From Clostridiales bacterium (GTDB lineage: Bacteria; Bacillota; Clostridia; Saccharofermentanales; Saccharofermentanaceae), in NCBI GenBank assembly GCA_017513085.1, contig JAFWDK010000009.1, positions 32,001-96,000 of the forward strand: a stretch of 64,000 bases of DNA, read 5' to 3'. Shown piece by piece: positions 47,358-58,637 of the stretch. Made by a program: the position numbers and the translations under genes. How positions within the stretch are numbered: the first letter of the stretch is position 1; each line of letters starts with the position of its first letter. A model generated the notes under the pieces. It saw only the letters and a program-made list of their open reading frames with translations, was not told the DNA's origin and ran no database searches.

Positions 47358-49754
47358 TTATTTGATACCAAATGCCATTCCGATCAGTTGTACGGCATAT
47401 GCAGCAACCCAAGCGATCACACACTGGAAGACGACCATAATAGTTGCCCATTTAGCACCCAGCTCACGCTTTACTGAGGCGACTGCTGCGACACATGGCG
47501 TGTAGAGCAGGCAGAATACCAGAAGAGAGAACGCTGACAAGGGTGACATAGAGGCCAGAACGGCTTCTGTATTTCCAATCAGGACTGTCAGAGTGGACAC
47601 GACGCTCTCTTTGGCAAGGAAACCGGAGATCAGCGCAGTCGAGAATCTCCAATCGCCAAAACCGAGAGGAGAGAAGACAGGTGCGACAAAGCCTGCTATT
47701 ACAGCCAGAATGCTGGCGGCAGAATCTTCAGTCAGAGACAGGCTGGTATCGAAGGATTGCAGGAACCAGATCACGATCGAGGCTATAAAGATGATCGTAA
47801 ATGCACGCTGCAGGAAATCTTTGGCTTTTTCCCAGAGAAGCTGGGTAACATTTTTAAGTCCCGGCATACGGTAATTCGGAAGCTCCATGACAAAAGGAAC
47901 CGCTTTGCCCCGGAATAGAGTGCTTTTGAAAAGGAAGGCAACGAGAATGCCCACAAAGATACCGATGAAATAGAGCGCTACCATGATCAGGCCGCTGTAC
48001 TTTGGGAAGAATGTCGAGCAGAAAAAGCCGTAGATCGGAAGTTTGGCAGAACAGCTCATGAACGGTGTGAGAAGGATCGTCATCTTACGGTCGCGCTCGG
48101 ATGGTAATGTGCGGCTGGCCATAACGCCCGGAACCGTGCAGCCGAAACCTATCAGCATCGGAACGATGCTTCGTCCGGAAAGGCCGATCTTACGAAGAAA
48201 TTTGTCCATGACAAAAGCAACTCTGGCCATATAGCCTGTATCTTCCAGAAGTGAGAGAAAGAAGAACAATGTCACGATGACAGGGAGAAAACTCAGCACG
48301 CTGCCGACACCCGTAAAGATACCGTCGACGACAAGCGAGTGGATGACTTCGTTGACATTCCAGGAAGTAAGCGCACGCGCAGTGACCGAGGTAAGCGAAG
48401 AAATGCCGGATTCCAGAAGTCCTTGGAAAAAAGCGCCGATGACGTTAAACGTCAGAAAGAATATGGAGGCCATGATCAGGATAAAGGCCGGGATTGCTGT
48501 GAATTTTCCGGTCAGTATGCGGTCGATCTTGCGGCTTCTGTGATGCTCTTTGCTTTCTTTCGGCTTGATGACGGTGCGGTCCACGAGCTTTTGGATGAAC
48601 GTGAAACGCATGTCGGCGATGGCGGCGCTCCGGTCCATCCCGGACTCGTCTTCCATCTGTGTGATGATGTGCTCCAAGGTTTCTTTTTCGTTTTGATCCA
48701 ACTCAAGTTTTTCAAGAATGCGCGGATCACCTTCGACAAGTTTGGTGGCGGCAAAGCGCACCGGAATACCTGCTGATTTTGCATGGTCATCGATCAGGAT
48801 CATGATACTGTGAAGACATCTGTGAATAGCGCCGCCTTTGTCGTTTTCGTCGCAGAAATCCAGACGTCCCGGACGTTCCTGATATTTCGCGATATGCAGA
48901 GCATGCGCGACAAGCTCTTCGGTACCTTCGTTCTTAGCTGCTGAGATCGGAACGACAGGAATTCCCAGTTCGTACTCCATCTGATTTACGAGGATCGAAC
49001 CGCCGTTTCCGCGGACTTCGTCCATCATGTTGAGTGCCACGACCATCGGTACATCCAGCTCCATAAGCTGCATGGTGAGGTAAAGATTACGCTCGATGTT
49101 GGTGGCATCCACGATGTTGATGATGCCGCAAGGCTTCTCGTCAAGAATAAACTGACGGGATACGATCTCTTCCGCTGTATACGGAGACATGGAATAAATG
49201 CCGGGAAGATCAGTGATCTCCGTGTTCGGATTGCCTTTGATAACGCCGCTCTTGCGGTCGACCGTAACGCCGGGAAAATTACCGACGTGCTGGTTGGAGC
49301 CGGTAAGCTGGTTAAAAAGTGTTGTTTTACCGGAGTTCTGATTTCCGGCAAGAGCGAAGGTCAGCTTGGTGCCTTCGGGAAGGGGATTCTCATCGGCTTT
49401 GACATGGTAACGTCCGCCTTCGCCGAGACCAGGATGTGCGATGATGATACGGCGGGCTTTCTTTTCTTTCTTTTCTGCCTTCGGGTCAGCAGGTTGAGAA
49501 GACGAATCGGATTTTTGGGAAACGGTTTCTTCGGCCTTTTCCACATCGATCAGTCTGGCATCTTCAAGACGAAGAGTCAATTCGTATCCATGAATACGAA
49601 GTTCCATCGGATCGCCGAGTGGTGCGAGCTGCACCAGTGTTATGGAGGCACCGGGTATAACGCCCATGTCCAAAAAGTGTTGTCTGAGTGCGCCTTCACC
49701 GCCTACATGAAGGATACGGGCGCTTTCGCCTATCTTTAAATCTGCTAATGTCAT
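47358..49754 (-). CDS. feoB: Fused FeoA-FeoB ferrous iron transporter
   Basis: FeoA domain (LDMGVIPG..APLGDP); GNQNSGKT, VGNFPGVTV, DLPGIYS, GFGCTVP, MSCSAKL and LYTPC. Confidence 0.95.
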   Translation of the reverse strand: MTLADLKIGESARILHVGGEGALRQHFLDMGVIPGASITLVQLAPLGDPMELRIHGYELTLRLEDARLIDVEKAEETVSQKSDSSSQPADPKAEKKEKKARRIIIAHPGLGEGGRYHVKADENPLPEGTKLTFALAGNQNSGKTTLFNQLTGSNQHVGNFPGVTVDRKSGVIKGNPNTEITDLPGIYSMSPYTAEEIVSRQFILDEKPCGIINIVDATNIERNLYLTMQLMELDVPMVVALNMMDEVRGNGGSILVNQMEYELGIPVVPISAAKNEGTEELVAHALHIAKYQERPGRLDFCDENDKGGAIHRCLHSIMILIDDHAKSAGIPVRFAATKLVEGDPRILEKLELDQNEKETLEHIITQMEDESGMDRSAAIADMRFTFIQKLVDRTVIKPKESKEHHRSRKIDRILTGKFTAIPAFILIMASIFFLTFNVIGAFFQGLLESGISSLTSVTARALTSWNVNEVIHSLVVDGIFTGVGSVLSFLPVIVTLFFFLSLLEDTGYMARVAFVMDKFLRKIGLSGRSIVPMLIGFGCTVPGVMASRTLPSERDRKMTILLTPFMSCSAKLPIYGFFCSTFFPKYSGLIMVALYFIGIFVGILVAFLFKSTLFRGKAVPFVMELPNYRMPGLKNVTQLLWEKAKDFLQRAFTIIFIASIVIWFLQSFDTSLSLTEDSAASILAVIAGFVAPVFSPLGFGDWRFSTALISGFLAKESVVSTLTVLIGNTEAVLASMSPLSAFSLLVFCLLYTPCVAAVASVKRELGAKWATIMVVFQCVIAWVAAYAVQLIGMAFGIK

Positions 49755-49849
49755 TCAGAATATCCCCTATTTATCTGAAAAGCAGTCTTATGACCAAGAA
49801 CCTGCTTGTATTGGTTTTTGAAATTGCCGGTATACCGGGTTTTGCGGAA

Positions 49850-50518
49850 TCAGTCGATTACACGTACTTCCTTAATGCGCGGCTGATCGTCTGTCGCAAT
49901 GGAACCGTTATCGTCGTAGGCAGGAACTTCTGCGATCTTGTCTACTACGTCGATACCGGACGTTACATGTCCGAAAGCTGCATACTGTCCGTCCAGACTC
50001 GGATAATCCACCTGGCAGATGAAGAACTGGCTTGTGGCAGAGTTCATGTCAGGGGTTCTGGCCATGGAGATAACGCCGCGCGTGTGCTTGAGAGGGTTCT
50101 CCACACCGTTTGCAGAGAATTCTCCTTTGATCGGAGTCAGCGACGAGCCATCATAAGACTTGGAAGCGGTTCCGCCCTGGATCATGAAGTTCTTGATGAT
50201 ACGATGGAATGTCGAGCCGTTATACACACCTGCCTTGGCACAGTTGATAAAATTCTCGACGGTGATCGGTGCGATGGAACTGTCAAGTTCAACAGCAATG
50301 ACACCATAGTTCTCGACTTCGATCTCAACGTGATGCAGGGAAGCATTGTCTGAGTTTTCTCCGGCCGGTGTGGTCGGTACCGGCGGTCTTGTGGTCGTGG
50401 CCTTGGTACCGTTCTGGTATCTGGTGCTGCTACAACCGCAAATGCCGAAGAGCAAGCCGAATGCAAGCACCAGGCAGAGAAGAGTTTTCTTGATCGATTT
50501 GTTTTGTTCCTTGTTCAT
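49850..50518 (-). CDS. Cyclophilin-type peptidyl-prolyl isomerase (lipoprotein)
   Basis: Lipobox-like ICGC; APITVENF, FHRIIKNFMIQGG, SATSQFFI and LDGQYAAFG. Confidence 0.92.
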   Translation of the reverse strand: MNKEQNKSIKKTLLCLVLAFGLLFGICGCSSTRYQNGTKATTTRPPVPTTPAGENSDNASLHHVEIEVENYGVIAVELDSSIAPITVENFINCAKAGVYNGSTFHRIIKNFMIQGGTASKSYDGSSLTPIKGEFSANGVENPLKHTRGVISMARTPDMNSATSQFFICQVDYPSLDGQYAAFGHVTSGIDVVDKIAEVPAYDDNGSIATDDQPRIKEVRVID

Positions 50519-50593
50519 GTTCCTGATTCCTCTTTGTTCATTATTTGTTCCGTCTCCGGCTACCTTCGGGGACGGATGGTTTCCTTGTAAAAA

Positions 50594-51574
50594 CTACCTG
50601 CCCAATTGTACATCATAAAGCGGCTCTATGGAGAACTTTCTTCCGCTTAATTTGTGATGAACATTCTCTTTCGGGATCTTTCCGAAAAGTAGAGTGGTGG
50701 CGAATAACTGCTGGTAGCGGACTTTTCCGCCACGCAGATTCGAAAAATGCAGGTTATACTGGTTTCTGCCGTAATTACCGTCTCCCAGTATCGGATGCCC
50801 CAGATGCGCAAACTGGGCGCGGATCTGATGAGTCCTTCCGGTCACCAGTTCCACTTCCACGTCGGAAACATCTTCGCCGTCCGGACCAATGCCTTTATAG
50901 ACCTCTAACACACGGTAGCGGGAAGTGATCGGCAGATCGCCCGGCTTCTCTATGTCGTGAATGAAGACGTTGCCTTTGACCGGTTTTTCGAGAAAAGCAC
51001 TGACTTCTTTCATGATCGCTTCGTCCTGGCAGATCACCGTGGTCCCCACAGATGGCACGCCGCGTAGAAGACAGCGGTACCGCTTCGTGATCAGATCATT
51101 TTTGAACAGAAAGATCGCATCTTCGAGACTTTTCTTATCTTTGGCAGTCAGGACCAGCCCGCCGGTATTCATGTCGATACGATGGCACAGGTCAAGATTC
51201 TTGTTATGGTAATCGCGACGCAGGATGTCGATCAGACAGTTGCCTGTTGTACCACGTCCGGAATGCACGGCGATGCCCTGGCGCTTGTTGACCAGCAGGA
51301 GTTCATCGGACTCAAAAACGACCTTGTAGTTATCCAGGGGATCCGAAGAAGCCTTGGATGCAGTCCCTTCAAAAAGAGCGTCCGGGATCCAGATCTCGAC
51401 AACGTCACCTTCGCTGACGAGGGTGTCGGAAGAGATACGCTTGCCGTTGATACGGATATCTTTATGCTTCAGTGCTCTTTGCAAAACAGCGGGCGTCAGA
51501 TTCGGGAACTCCAGGATCGCCGCGCGGATCACTTTTTTGCCTGCACTTTTGGCAGAAACGGTAAAGTCTTTCAT
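50594..51574 (-). CDS. RluA/RluC-family pseudouridine synthase
   Basis: S4-like N-terminus; VNKRQG, CHRIDMNTGG, TGRTHQIR and PILGD..YG; start MKDF after GAGGAG. Confidence 0.92.
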   Translation of the reverse strand: MKDFTVSAKSAGKKVIRAAILEFPNLTPAVLQRALKHKDIRINGKRISSDTLVSEGDVVEIWIPDALFEGTASKASSDPLDNYKVVFESDELLLVNKRQGIAVHSGRGTTGNCLIDILRRDYHNKNLDLCHRIDMNTGGLVLTAKDKKSLEDAIFLFKNDLITKRYRCLLRGVPSVGTTVICQDEAIMKEVSAFLEKPVKGNVFIHDIEKPGDLPITSRYRVLEVYKGIGPDGEDVSDVEVELVTGRTHQIRAQFAHLGHPILGDGNYGRNQYNLHFSNLRGGKVRYQQLFATTLLFGKIPKENVHHKLSGRKFSIEPLYDVQLGR

Positions 51575-51822
51575 GGTGTTTCTCCTCAAATAATATAAGA
51601 ACATGCTTATTATTCTATATATCCTATTAAATCTCAATAGACAAAATAACGAAATCAAAAAACGCATGAAGGAAACGTCAGATTGCCGCGGGTGTGGTAA
51701 GCATTCACAGGATTTCAAGAATCTCCGGGCATCGTTTGGTCTGTAATTTCGACGGGAAGGTTGAGAATCCACGTGCTTTTTCCTATAATAGTGCTTATCC
51801 GAAAAGAGCAAGGGAGTACGAA

Positions 51823-52287
51823 ATGGAGAAAACGCCGTGTCTGGTAAGTGTGGTGAGTGCTTTTGCAGAGGCAAAAGCACTTTACGAGGGGACGTTCGAG
51901 GAGGACGGGGAGCGCGTGCGTGTTTCCTGGGTCCAGCCTGAGGAAGAAAAAGGCGAGGGCGACAGCCGGTTCCTTCTGAGTTACCGGGTGCGCGAGAAAG
52001 TCCTGCGTATGACCAGAAGAGGCGCAACCGAATCGGAGATGACTTTCCAGGCGGGGGAGAAGACCGAGGGGATCATGCGGACGGCACATGGCGATTTCGA
52101 TCTTCAGATGGAAACATCCTTGATCTCGTTCTTTGAAGAAGAGGAGAAAACTATTGAGGAGAATGGAGAAAGCTATCTTCTTAGAAGGGCTTTTTTGAAC
52201 TACGAGATGTGTTTTCCGAACCAGGATCCGATGCCAAATAATATGATTTTTGAAATACGTATTGCCAAAAACAAGAATTATGTATAA
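51823..52287 (+). CDS. DUF1934 (YwiB-like) protein
   Basis: MTRRG..SEMTF..G..T....RTAHG.F.L...T beta-barrel pattern; RBS GGGAG. Confidence 0.65.
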   Translation: MEKTPCLVSVVSAFAEAKALYEGTFEEDGERVRVSWVQPEEEKGEGDSRFLLSYRVREKVLRMTRRGATESEMTFQAGEKTEGIMRTAHGDFDLQMETSLISFFEEEEKTIEENGESYLLRRAFLNYEMCFPNQDPMPNNMIFEIRIAKNKNYV

Positions 52288-52314
52288 AATCTATCGGTAA
52301 ACCACGAAAGTTGC

Positions 52315-52343
52315 TTGACAAAGCACTTTCATTAGTGCATAAT
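52315..52343 (+). promoter_or_regulatory. sigmaA promoter of rpmF
   Basis: TTGACA-N17-CATAAT. Confidence 0.7.
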
Positions 52344-52421
52344 ATCATTCGCGCCTCAAGGTATTAGTGTGGCTGCGAAGAGAATTAGAGAGATCTAAGA
52401 TAAGTATTGGAGGTGGATGCG

Positions 52422-52610
52422 ATGGCTCATCCGAAGCGTAAATGGTCGAAAGCTAGAACTTCTCGTCATAGAAGTGCCTGGAAGCTTGTTTTGCCAGGAT
52501 TGGTAGAGTGCCCCAATTGCCACACTAAGATGTTGCGCCATAAGGTTTGTAAGACCTGCGGTTATCTTGATGGCAAGGAGATCATCAACAAAGCTGACGA
52601 GATTGCTTGA
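52422..52610 (+). CDS. rpmF: 50S ribosomal protein L32 (Zn-binding form)
   Basis: MAHPKRKWSKAR...CPNC...HKVCKTCGY; RBS GGAGGTG. Confidence 0.96.
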   Translation: MAHPKRKWSKARTSRHRSAWKLVLPGLVECPNCHTKMLRHKVCKTCGYLDGKEIINKADEIA

Positions 52611-52771
52611 TAGCTGATCTAAGTACGACTACGAATAATTGGCAGTGTTTCGAATAAAATTGAATCACTGCTTTTTTTCTGCCTGTTTCGCATTTTGCCG
52701 TGGATGATGAAGAGCGGTCGGATCGATGACCGGATGCCCACGGAAATGGTTCGTGATAAGGAGTTTTGCCG

Positions 52772-54160
52772 GTGGCAAATAAAAGAGAAGAGTTCCGACG
52801 TATCAAGGAAGTAGTACCGGGAAGCATCGCCGAAGAGATCGGCGTGGAGCCGGGTTATATCCTTGTGTCCATTGACGGAGTCGAGGTGAGGGATGTTTTT
52901 GATTACCGTATCCGTGAGAGAGCCTCGGAGATGCTCCTGGCTTTCCGTCTTCCCGATGGGCAGATCGCAGAGGTCGATCTCGAGAAAGATGAGGATGAGG
53001 AGCTTGGTCTGGTCTTTGAAGATCCGATCATGTGCAACTGCACTTCCTGCGCCAACCGGTGTATCTTCTGTTTCATCGATCAGAATCCGAAGGGTATGCG
53101 TGAGACCTTGTATTTTAAGGATGACGATATGCGAATGTCCTTTTTGACAGGTAACTACGTCACGCTGACGAATCTTTCGGACAAAGAATTCGAGCGCATC
53201 ATCGGATACCATCTTTCGCCGATCAACGTTTCCGTCCATGCGACCGATCCGGTGGTCCGTGAGAAGATGATCAACAACAAATTCGCTTATAAGCTGATGC
53301 CCCGACTGAAAAAGATGATCGAAAACGGCATTTCGATCAATTGTCAGATCGTCTGCTGCCCCGGATATAACAACGGAGCGGTTCTGGATCAGACGATCCA
53401 TGATCTGGCGCAGCTTGGAGAGGGTGTTCTTTCCATAGCGGTGGTTCCGGTCGGTGTAACGAAATTCCGTGAAGAGAACGGACTTGTGAAACTGGAGCTT
53501 TTCAATAAGAAAACAGCAGGTGAGCTTCTCGACCAGGTAGCTTATTGGCAGGATTATTTCATGAAGACACGAGGACAGAGGATCTTCTTTGCGGCCGATG
53601 AGTTCTATGTCCGGGCAGAACGCCCGATCCCGAGTGCCGAGGAGTATGAAGGATATCCGCAGCTGGAAAACGGTGTCGGCATGCTTTCAGAAAGAGACGC
53701 GGCTATGACCAAGGGAATCGCGCTCCGCAAGAAACATCTTCCGAAGAATATCTCCCATCCTTACGCAGGAAAGCGTTTTACCATGATCTCCGGTACTGAT
53801 GCAGCGCCTTATACGGAAAAGTTTGCTAAAGACATTTCCTTATTATATAATATCGATTTGGTCGTTTTGGCTGTGCTCAATGAGTTCTTCGGGCACACGA
53901 TCACGGTGTCGGGTCTTTTGACCGGCGGAGACATCTCGAACGCCGTGCTTGCGGAAAGAGAAGCAGGCCGCGGTCCGGATGTAGTGATACTGACGGCTAA
54001 CATGATGAAAGCGGATGAGGATATCTTCCTGGATGATATGACCTTGACGCAATTTAAAGAGAAAGTAGGCATTCCGGTCATAGTGGCCGAGTGCGAAGGT
54101 TCCGGTGCGCTCAAAGCACTGGATACGTTCCTTGATATGTACAAGGGCGTGGAAGATTGA
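52772..54160 (+). CDS. DUF512 / TIGR03279-like putative radical SAM protein with PDZ-like N-terminus
   Basis: CANRCIFCFIDQ, LYFKDDD.R.SF, VVPVG.T and YPQLENGVG; typical position upstream of der. Start is GTG at 52772 or TTG at 52766. Confidence 0.9.
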   Translation: MANKREEFRRIKEVVPGSIAEEIGVEPGYILVSIDGVEVRDVFDYRIRERASEMLLAFRLPDGQIAEVDLEKDEDEELGLVFEDPIMCNCTSCANRCIFCFIDQNPKGMRETLYFKDDDMRMSFLTGNYVTLTNLSDKEFERIIGYHLSPINVSVHATDPVVREKMINNKFAYKLMPRLKKMIENGISINCQIVCCPGYNNGAVLDQTIHDLAQLGEGVLSIAVVPVGVTKFREENGLVKLELFNKKTAGELLDQVAYWQDYFMKTRGQRIFFAADEFYVRAERPIPSAEEYEGYPQLENGVGMLSERDAAMTKGIALRKKHLPKNISHPYAGKRFTMISGTDAAPYTEKFAKDISLLYNIDLVVLAVLNEFFGHTITVSGLLTGGDISNAVLAEREAGRGPDVVILTANMMKADEDIFLDDMTLTQFKEKVGIPVIVAECEGSGALKALDTFLDMYKGVED

Positions 54161-54185
54161 TAACGAAGGAAAGGATGACAAAAGC

Positions 54186-55553
54186 ATGAGCAAACCGGTT
54201 GTAGCCATCGTAGGACGCCCGAACGTGGGAAAATCCTCGCTTTTCAATGCGCTTTACGGCGAACGGATCTCGATCGTGCACGATGAGCCGGGTGTTACCC
54301 GTGACCGTATCTATGCCGAGACGGTCTGGCGTGAGCGTGAGTTCGTCATGATCGATACCGGTGGTATTGAGCCGGAATCCGATGACGTGATCAACAAGGG
54401 CATGCGTCTTCAGGCAGAGATCGCTATCGAGACTGCGGATGTTATTCTTTTCATGTGTGATATCCAATCCGGATTAACATCCGCGGATGAAGAAATCGCT
54501 ACGATGCTTCGGAAGGCGAACCGTCCGGTAGTTCTGGTCGTCAACAAAGTGGACCATGTCGGTGAGCCGCCGGCGGAGCTTTATGAGTTCTATAATCTCG
54601 GACTGGGTGATGTGTATCCGATCTCTTCTTCCCATAGACTGGGTATCGGTGAGATGCTGGATGCTATCTATGAGCATTTCCCGGAACAGAAGAGTGAAGA
54701 GGAGGAGAATGAGACGATCCGCGTTGCTCTGATCGGTAAACCGAATGCCGGAAAGTCTTCTCTTTCTAACTATATGACAGGTCAGGAGCGTTCCATTGTT
54801 TCCGATATTCCCGGAACGACGCGTGACGCGATCGACTCTCTGGTTGAAAACAAGCACGGAAAATTCACGATCGTTGATACAGCCGGTCTTCGGAAGAAAG
54901 GCCGTATTGAAGATGCAGTCGAAAAATACAGCATGATCCGTTCTCTCTCGGCAATCGAGAAAGCAAATGTTTGTGTTATCCTGATCGATGCTGTCGAAGG
55001 CGTGACCGAACAGGATACGAAAGTGGCCGGCTATGCCCACAATGCCGGTAAGGCCTGTATTTTTGCGGTGAATAAGTGGGATCTGATCGAAAAAGAGACC
55101 GGCACGCTGGAGGCGATGGAGAAACAGCTCAAAGACCGTTTCGCATTCATGAGCTATGCGCCGGTCGTCTTTATTTCCGCCAAGACCGGACAACGTGTGG
55201 ATAAGCTTTTCGAGCAGATCAAGCGAGTCTATGAGAATGCGGGCAAGCGCTTAAAGACAGGTGTTTTGAACGACCTTCTTACCGAGTGCGTGGCGATGGT
55301 TCCGACTCCGCAGGACAAGGGCAAGCATCTCAAGATCTACTACGGCACACAGGTGGCAGTCTATCCGCCGCAGTTTGTGCTTTTTGTGAATGACAGTAAT
55401 CTTATGCATTTTTCTTATGAACGGTATCTGGAGAACCAGTTCCGTAAGAACTTCGATTTCGTCGGTACGCCGATACGAATATATATGAGAGAAAAAGACA
55501 AGAAAAAGGATCTAAAACCAGAAGGGAATGACAATAAGTATGACAAAGATTGA
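54186..55553 (+). CDS. der: Ribosome biogenesis GTPase Der
   Basis: Two G-domains (GRPNVGKS, GKPNAGKS, GTTRDAID, NKWD) and a KH-like C-terminus. Confidence 0.98.
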   Translation: MSKPVVAIVGRPNVGKSSLFNALYGERISIVHDEPGVTRDRIYAETVWREREFVMIDTGGIEPESDDVINKGMRLQAEIAIETADVILFMCDIQSGLTSADEEIATMLRKANRPVVLVVNKVDHVGEPPAELYEFYNLGLGDVYPISSSHRLGIGEMLDAIYEHFPEQKSEEEENETIRVALIGKPNAGKSSLSNYMTGQERSIVSDIPGTTRDAIDSLVENKHGKFTIVDTAGLRKKGRIEDAVEKYSMIRSLSAIEKANVCVILIDAVEGVTEQDTKVAGYAHNAGKACIFAVNKWDLIEKETGTLEAMEKQLKDRFAFMSYAPVVFISAKTGQRVDKLFEQIKRVYENAGKRLKTGVLNDLLTECVAMVPTPQDKGKHLKIYYGTQVAVYPPQFVLFVNDSNLMHFSYERYLENQFRKNFDFVGTPIRIYMREKDKKKDLKPEGNDNKYDKD

Positions 55554-57381
55554 GAACTTGAGAAACATCGCTATTATTGCTCACGTTGACCATGGTAAGA
55601 CGACGATCGTTGACTCCATGCTCAAGCAGGCGGGCATTTACCGTGAGAACGAGCAGATCGTCGAGCAGGTCATGGACAGTAACGACCTCGAACGAGAGCG
55701 TGGTATCACGATCCTGGCGAAAAATACGGCGATTTCTTATAAGAATTACAGGATCAACGTTGTGGATACTCCCGGCCATGCGGATTTCGGTGGTGAGGTG
55801 GAACGTGTCCTGAAGATGGTGGATGGTGTTCTTCTTGTTGTCGATGCATATGACGGACCGATGCCGCAGACACGTTTTGTTTTGCGCAAAGCACTGGAGA
55901 TGGGCCTGAAGCCGATCGTCTGCATCAATAAGATCGACCGTCCGGACGAGCGTGCGATCGAGGTCGTGGATATGGTTCTCGAACTGTTCATTGAGCTGGG
56001 CGCGGATGATGACCAGATCGATTTCCCGATCATTTATACATCCGGTAAGGTTGGTATTGCCACTACGGATCTTCAGGAATACATCGATGGCAAGAAACTG
56101 GATTTCTGCCCGCTCCTGGATGCGATCATTGAAAATATTCCTTGCCCGGAAGGCGATACAGAAGGACCTTTGCAGCTTCTGGTAAGTAATATCGACTCCG
56201 ACCCGTACATCGGCCGTATTGCGATCGGCCGTATCGAGCGTGGTTCCATCAAGCAGAACCAGCCGGTCGTTGTCTGCACCTATGACGACAATGCCACCAA
56301 GAACGCACGTATCGTAAAACTTCTCCGTTTCCAGGGATTGGGACGTCAGGAAATTCAGGAGGCGAGCGTAGGTGAGATCGTCTGCGTAGCCGGTATTCCG
56401 GAGATCAACATCGGTGATACCATTTGTGCGCAGGATTGTCCGGAACCGATGCCTTTTGTGGACATCGATGAGCCGACCATCGCCATGACGTTCTCCGTCA
56501 ACGATAGTCCTTTTGCCGGACAAGACGGTAAATTCGTTACTTCACGTCACTTGCGTGACCGTCTTTTCAAGGAAATGGAGACCAATGTTTCCATGCGACT
56601 CGAAGAAACAGATACGACAGAAGCTTTTGTAGTCAAGGGAAGAGGTGAACTCCATCTTTCCATCCTGATCGAGACCATGCGTCGTGAAGGCTATGAATTC
56701 CAGGTTTCCCGTCCGCAGGTCATCCTTAAGGAAGTCGACGGTGTTCTCTGTGAACCTGTCGAGATGCTTCTGATCGATGTCCCGGAGGATTATGTGGGTG
56801 CTGTCATTGAGAAGCTTGGCGCCAGAAAAGCAGAGATGGTCAACATGTTCCCACCGGAGAAAGGTTATACCCGTCTTGAGTTCAAAGTTCCTTCGCGTGG
56901 TATCCTCGGCTACCGTACCGAGTTTTTGACCGACACTAAGGGCAATGGTATAATGAACAGCGTAATCAGCGGATTTGAGCCATTTGCCGGCGAGATCGAG
57001 ACGCGTTCCCACGGTGTGCTGGTAGCGTTCGAGAGCGGCGAGGCAATGACTTATGGTCTTTATAACGCACAGGAAAGAGGACAGCTTTTCATTGGTGCCG
57101 GAACACCGGTCTATGAGGGCATGATCGTAGGTATCAACCCGAAGAATGAGGATATCACGGTCAATGTCTGCAAGAAGAAGCACGTTACCAATATGCGTGC
57201 GGCAGGTTCTGACGATGCGCTTCGTCTGACACCGCCTCTGAACTACAGTCTGGAGCAGTGCCTCGAGTTTGTAGGAGACGATGAGCTTTGTGAGGTGACA
57301 CCGAAGAACATCCGTCTTCGTAAGAAGATCCTTTCTACCGAATTGCGTGCCAAGGACCGCGCTGCGAAGAAAAACAGCTGA
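55540..57381 (+). CDS. typA: Translational GTPase TypA/BipA
   Basis: [39 protein letters not shown] and [11 protein letters not shown]. Confidence 0.98.
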   Translation: MTKIENLRNIAIIAHVDHGKTTIVDSMLKQAGIYRENEQIVEQVMDSNDLERERGITILAKNTAISYKNYRINVVDTPGHADFGGEVERVLKMVDGVLLVVDAYDGPMPQTRFVLRKALEMGLKPIVCINKIDRPDERAIEVVDMVLELFIELGADDDQIDFPIIYTSGKVGIATTDLQEYIDGKKLDFCPLLDAIIENIPCPEGDTEGPLQLLVSNIDSDPYIGRIAIGRIERGSIKQNQPVVVCTYDDNATKNARIVKLLRFQGLGRQEIQEASVGEIVCVAGIPEINIGDTICAQDCPEPMPFVDIDEPTIAMTFSVNDSPFAGQDGKFVTSRHLRDRLFKEMETNVSMRLEETDTTEAFVVKGRGELHLSILIETMRREGYEFQVSRPQVILKEVDGVLCEPVEMLLIDVPEDYVGAVIEKLGARKAEMVNMFPPEKGYTRLEFKVPSRGILGYRTEFLTDTKGNGIMNSVISGFEPFAGEIETRSHGVLVAFESGEAMTYGLYNAQERGQLFIGAGTPVYEGMIVGINPKNEDITVNVCKKKHVTNMRAAGSDDALRLTPPLNYSLEQCLEFVGDDELCEVTPKNIRLRKKILSTELRAKDRAAKKNS

Positions 57382-57446
57382 CAGGCAAGTGCTTTTGCCA
57401 TATGTGAAAGTGGCACGCTACTTGCGAAAAAGGAGATACAAGCGTC

Positions 57447-58637
57447 ATGTTTTCGAGAAAGGTATCGATAGCATTACGAATTCTGATCATATTCGCCTGC
57501 GTTGTCGTAAGTGCATTTCTAGGCGTCTTTCTGGGATATAACTATGTCATTTCCCAGAATGCGCGCTTCACGAAGCTGGAAAGACAGATCAAGAACGGAG
57601 AACTGGTGATCAACCAGAATACTCCGGGCGCGGTCATGATCGTTATCCGTTCCGGTGATACGACCGGCGATATTGCCGAGCAGTTGAAAAAAGAAGGTCT
57701 GATCAAGAATACTTCGACTTTTTCTCTCATGAGCAAGTTTAACGGTTTCGATGGCGGATATCTGGCCGGTACCCATTTTCTGACGCCGGATCTGACATAC
57801 GATGAGATGATGTATCTTCTTTGCCAGGAGCCGGAAGTGGTTCGTATTACGTTCCCGGAAGGTTTTACTTATAAGCAGATCAAAGACAGATTGAAGGATA
57901 AAGGCCTGGCTTTCAGCGAGGCACGTCTGGACGAGTGCATGAACAGTCCGGACCTTTTCGTAAACTATCCTTTCGTTTCTTCCATCAAGCAGAACGATGA
58001 CCGTGATTTTATCCTGAGCGGGTATCTGTTCCCGGATACTTACGATTTCGACATGAACGCCAGTGAAGAGGAGATCATCTCCACATTCCTGCGTAATATG
58101 AATGTGAAACTTTATGACGAGTTCTATGAGCGTGCCGATAAACTCGGAATGTCCATGGATGAGGTATTGACGCTGGCTTCTCTTATTCAGATGGAGACGA
58201 CAGATAAGACGGACATGCTCTATGTTTCCGCTGTTTTCCATAACCGTCTGAATTCAGAGGATCCGGATATGCACTTCCTGGGTTCCTGTGCTTCGATCAA
58301 CTATCTTCGTGAGAAAGCCGGCATGCAGCATGTCTGGGCAGCTACTGCTTCGGATCTGGAGTGGGATAGCCCGTATAACACCTATAAGTTCCCTGGACTT
58401 CCGCCGGGACCGATCTGTATGCCGAGTCTGGATGCGATCCAGGCGGCTTTGTATCCGGAACCGAACTGCAATTTCTTCTATTTCTGCGCGAAGGGAAATG
58501 GCAGAACTGCTTTTGCCGTGACTAAAGAAGAGCATGAAGCTAACGTAGCGAAGTATAAAGATAACTGGACCGATGATCCGTCTGATTCCGGATCGGATGT
58601 ATACGATGTGGACACGGAGGGCTACGATGAGGGCTGA
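57447..58637 (+). CDS. mltG: Endolytic transglycosylase MltG
   Basis: N-terminal TM helix; FPEG, GYLFPDTY, ASLIQME, VFHNRL and SPYNTY..GLPPGPI. Confidence 0.93.
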   Translation: MFSRKVSIALRILIIFACVVVSAFLGVFLGYNYVISQNARFTKLERQIKNGELVINQNTPGAVMIVIRSGDTTGDIAEQLKKEGLIKNTSTFSLMSKFNGFDGGYLAGTHFLTPDLTYDEMMYLLCQEPEVVRITFPEGFTYKQIKDRLKDKGLAFSEARLDECMNSPDLFVNYPFVSSIKQNDDRDFILSGYLFPDTYDFDMNASEEEIISTFLRNMNVKLYDEFYERADKLGMSMDEVLTLASLIQMETTDKTDMLYVSAVFHNRLNSEDPDMHFLGSCASINYLREKAGMQHVWAATASDLEWDSPYNTYKFPGLPPGPICMPSLDAIQAALYPEPNCNFFYFCAKGNGRTAFAVTKEEHEANVAKYKDNWTDDPSDSGSDVYDVDTEGYDEG

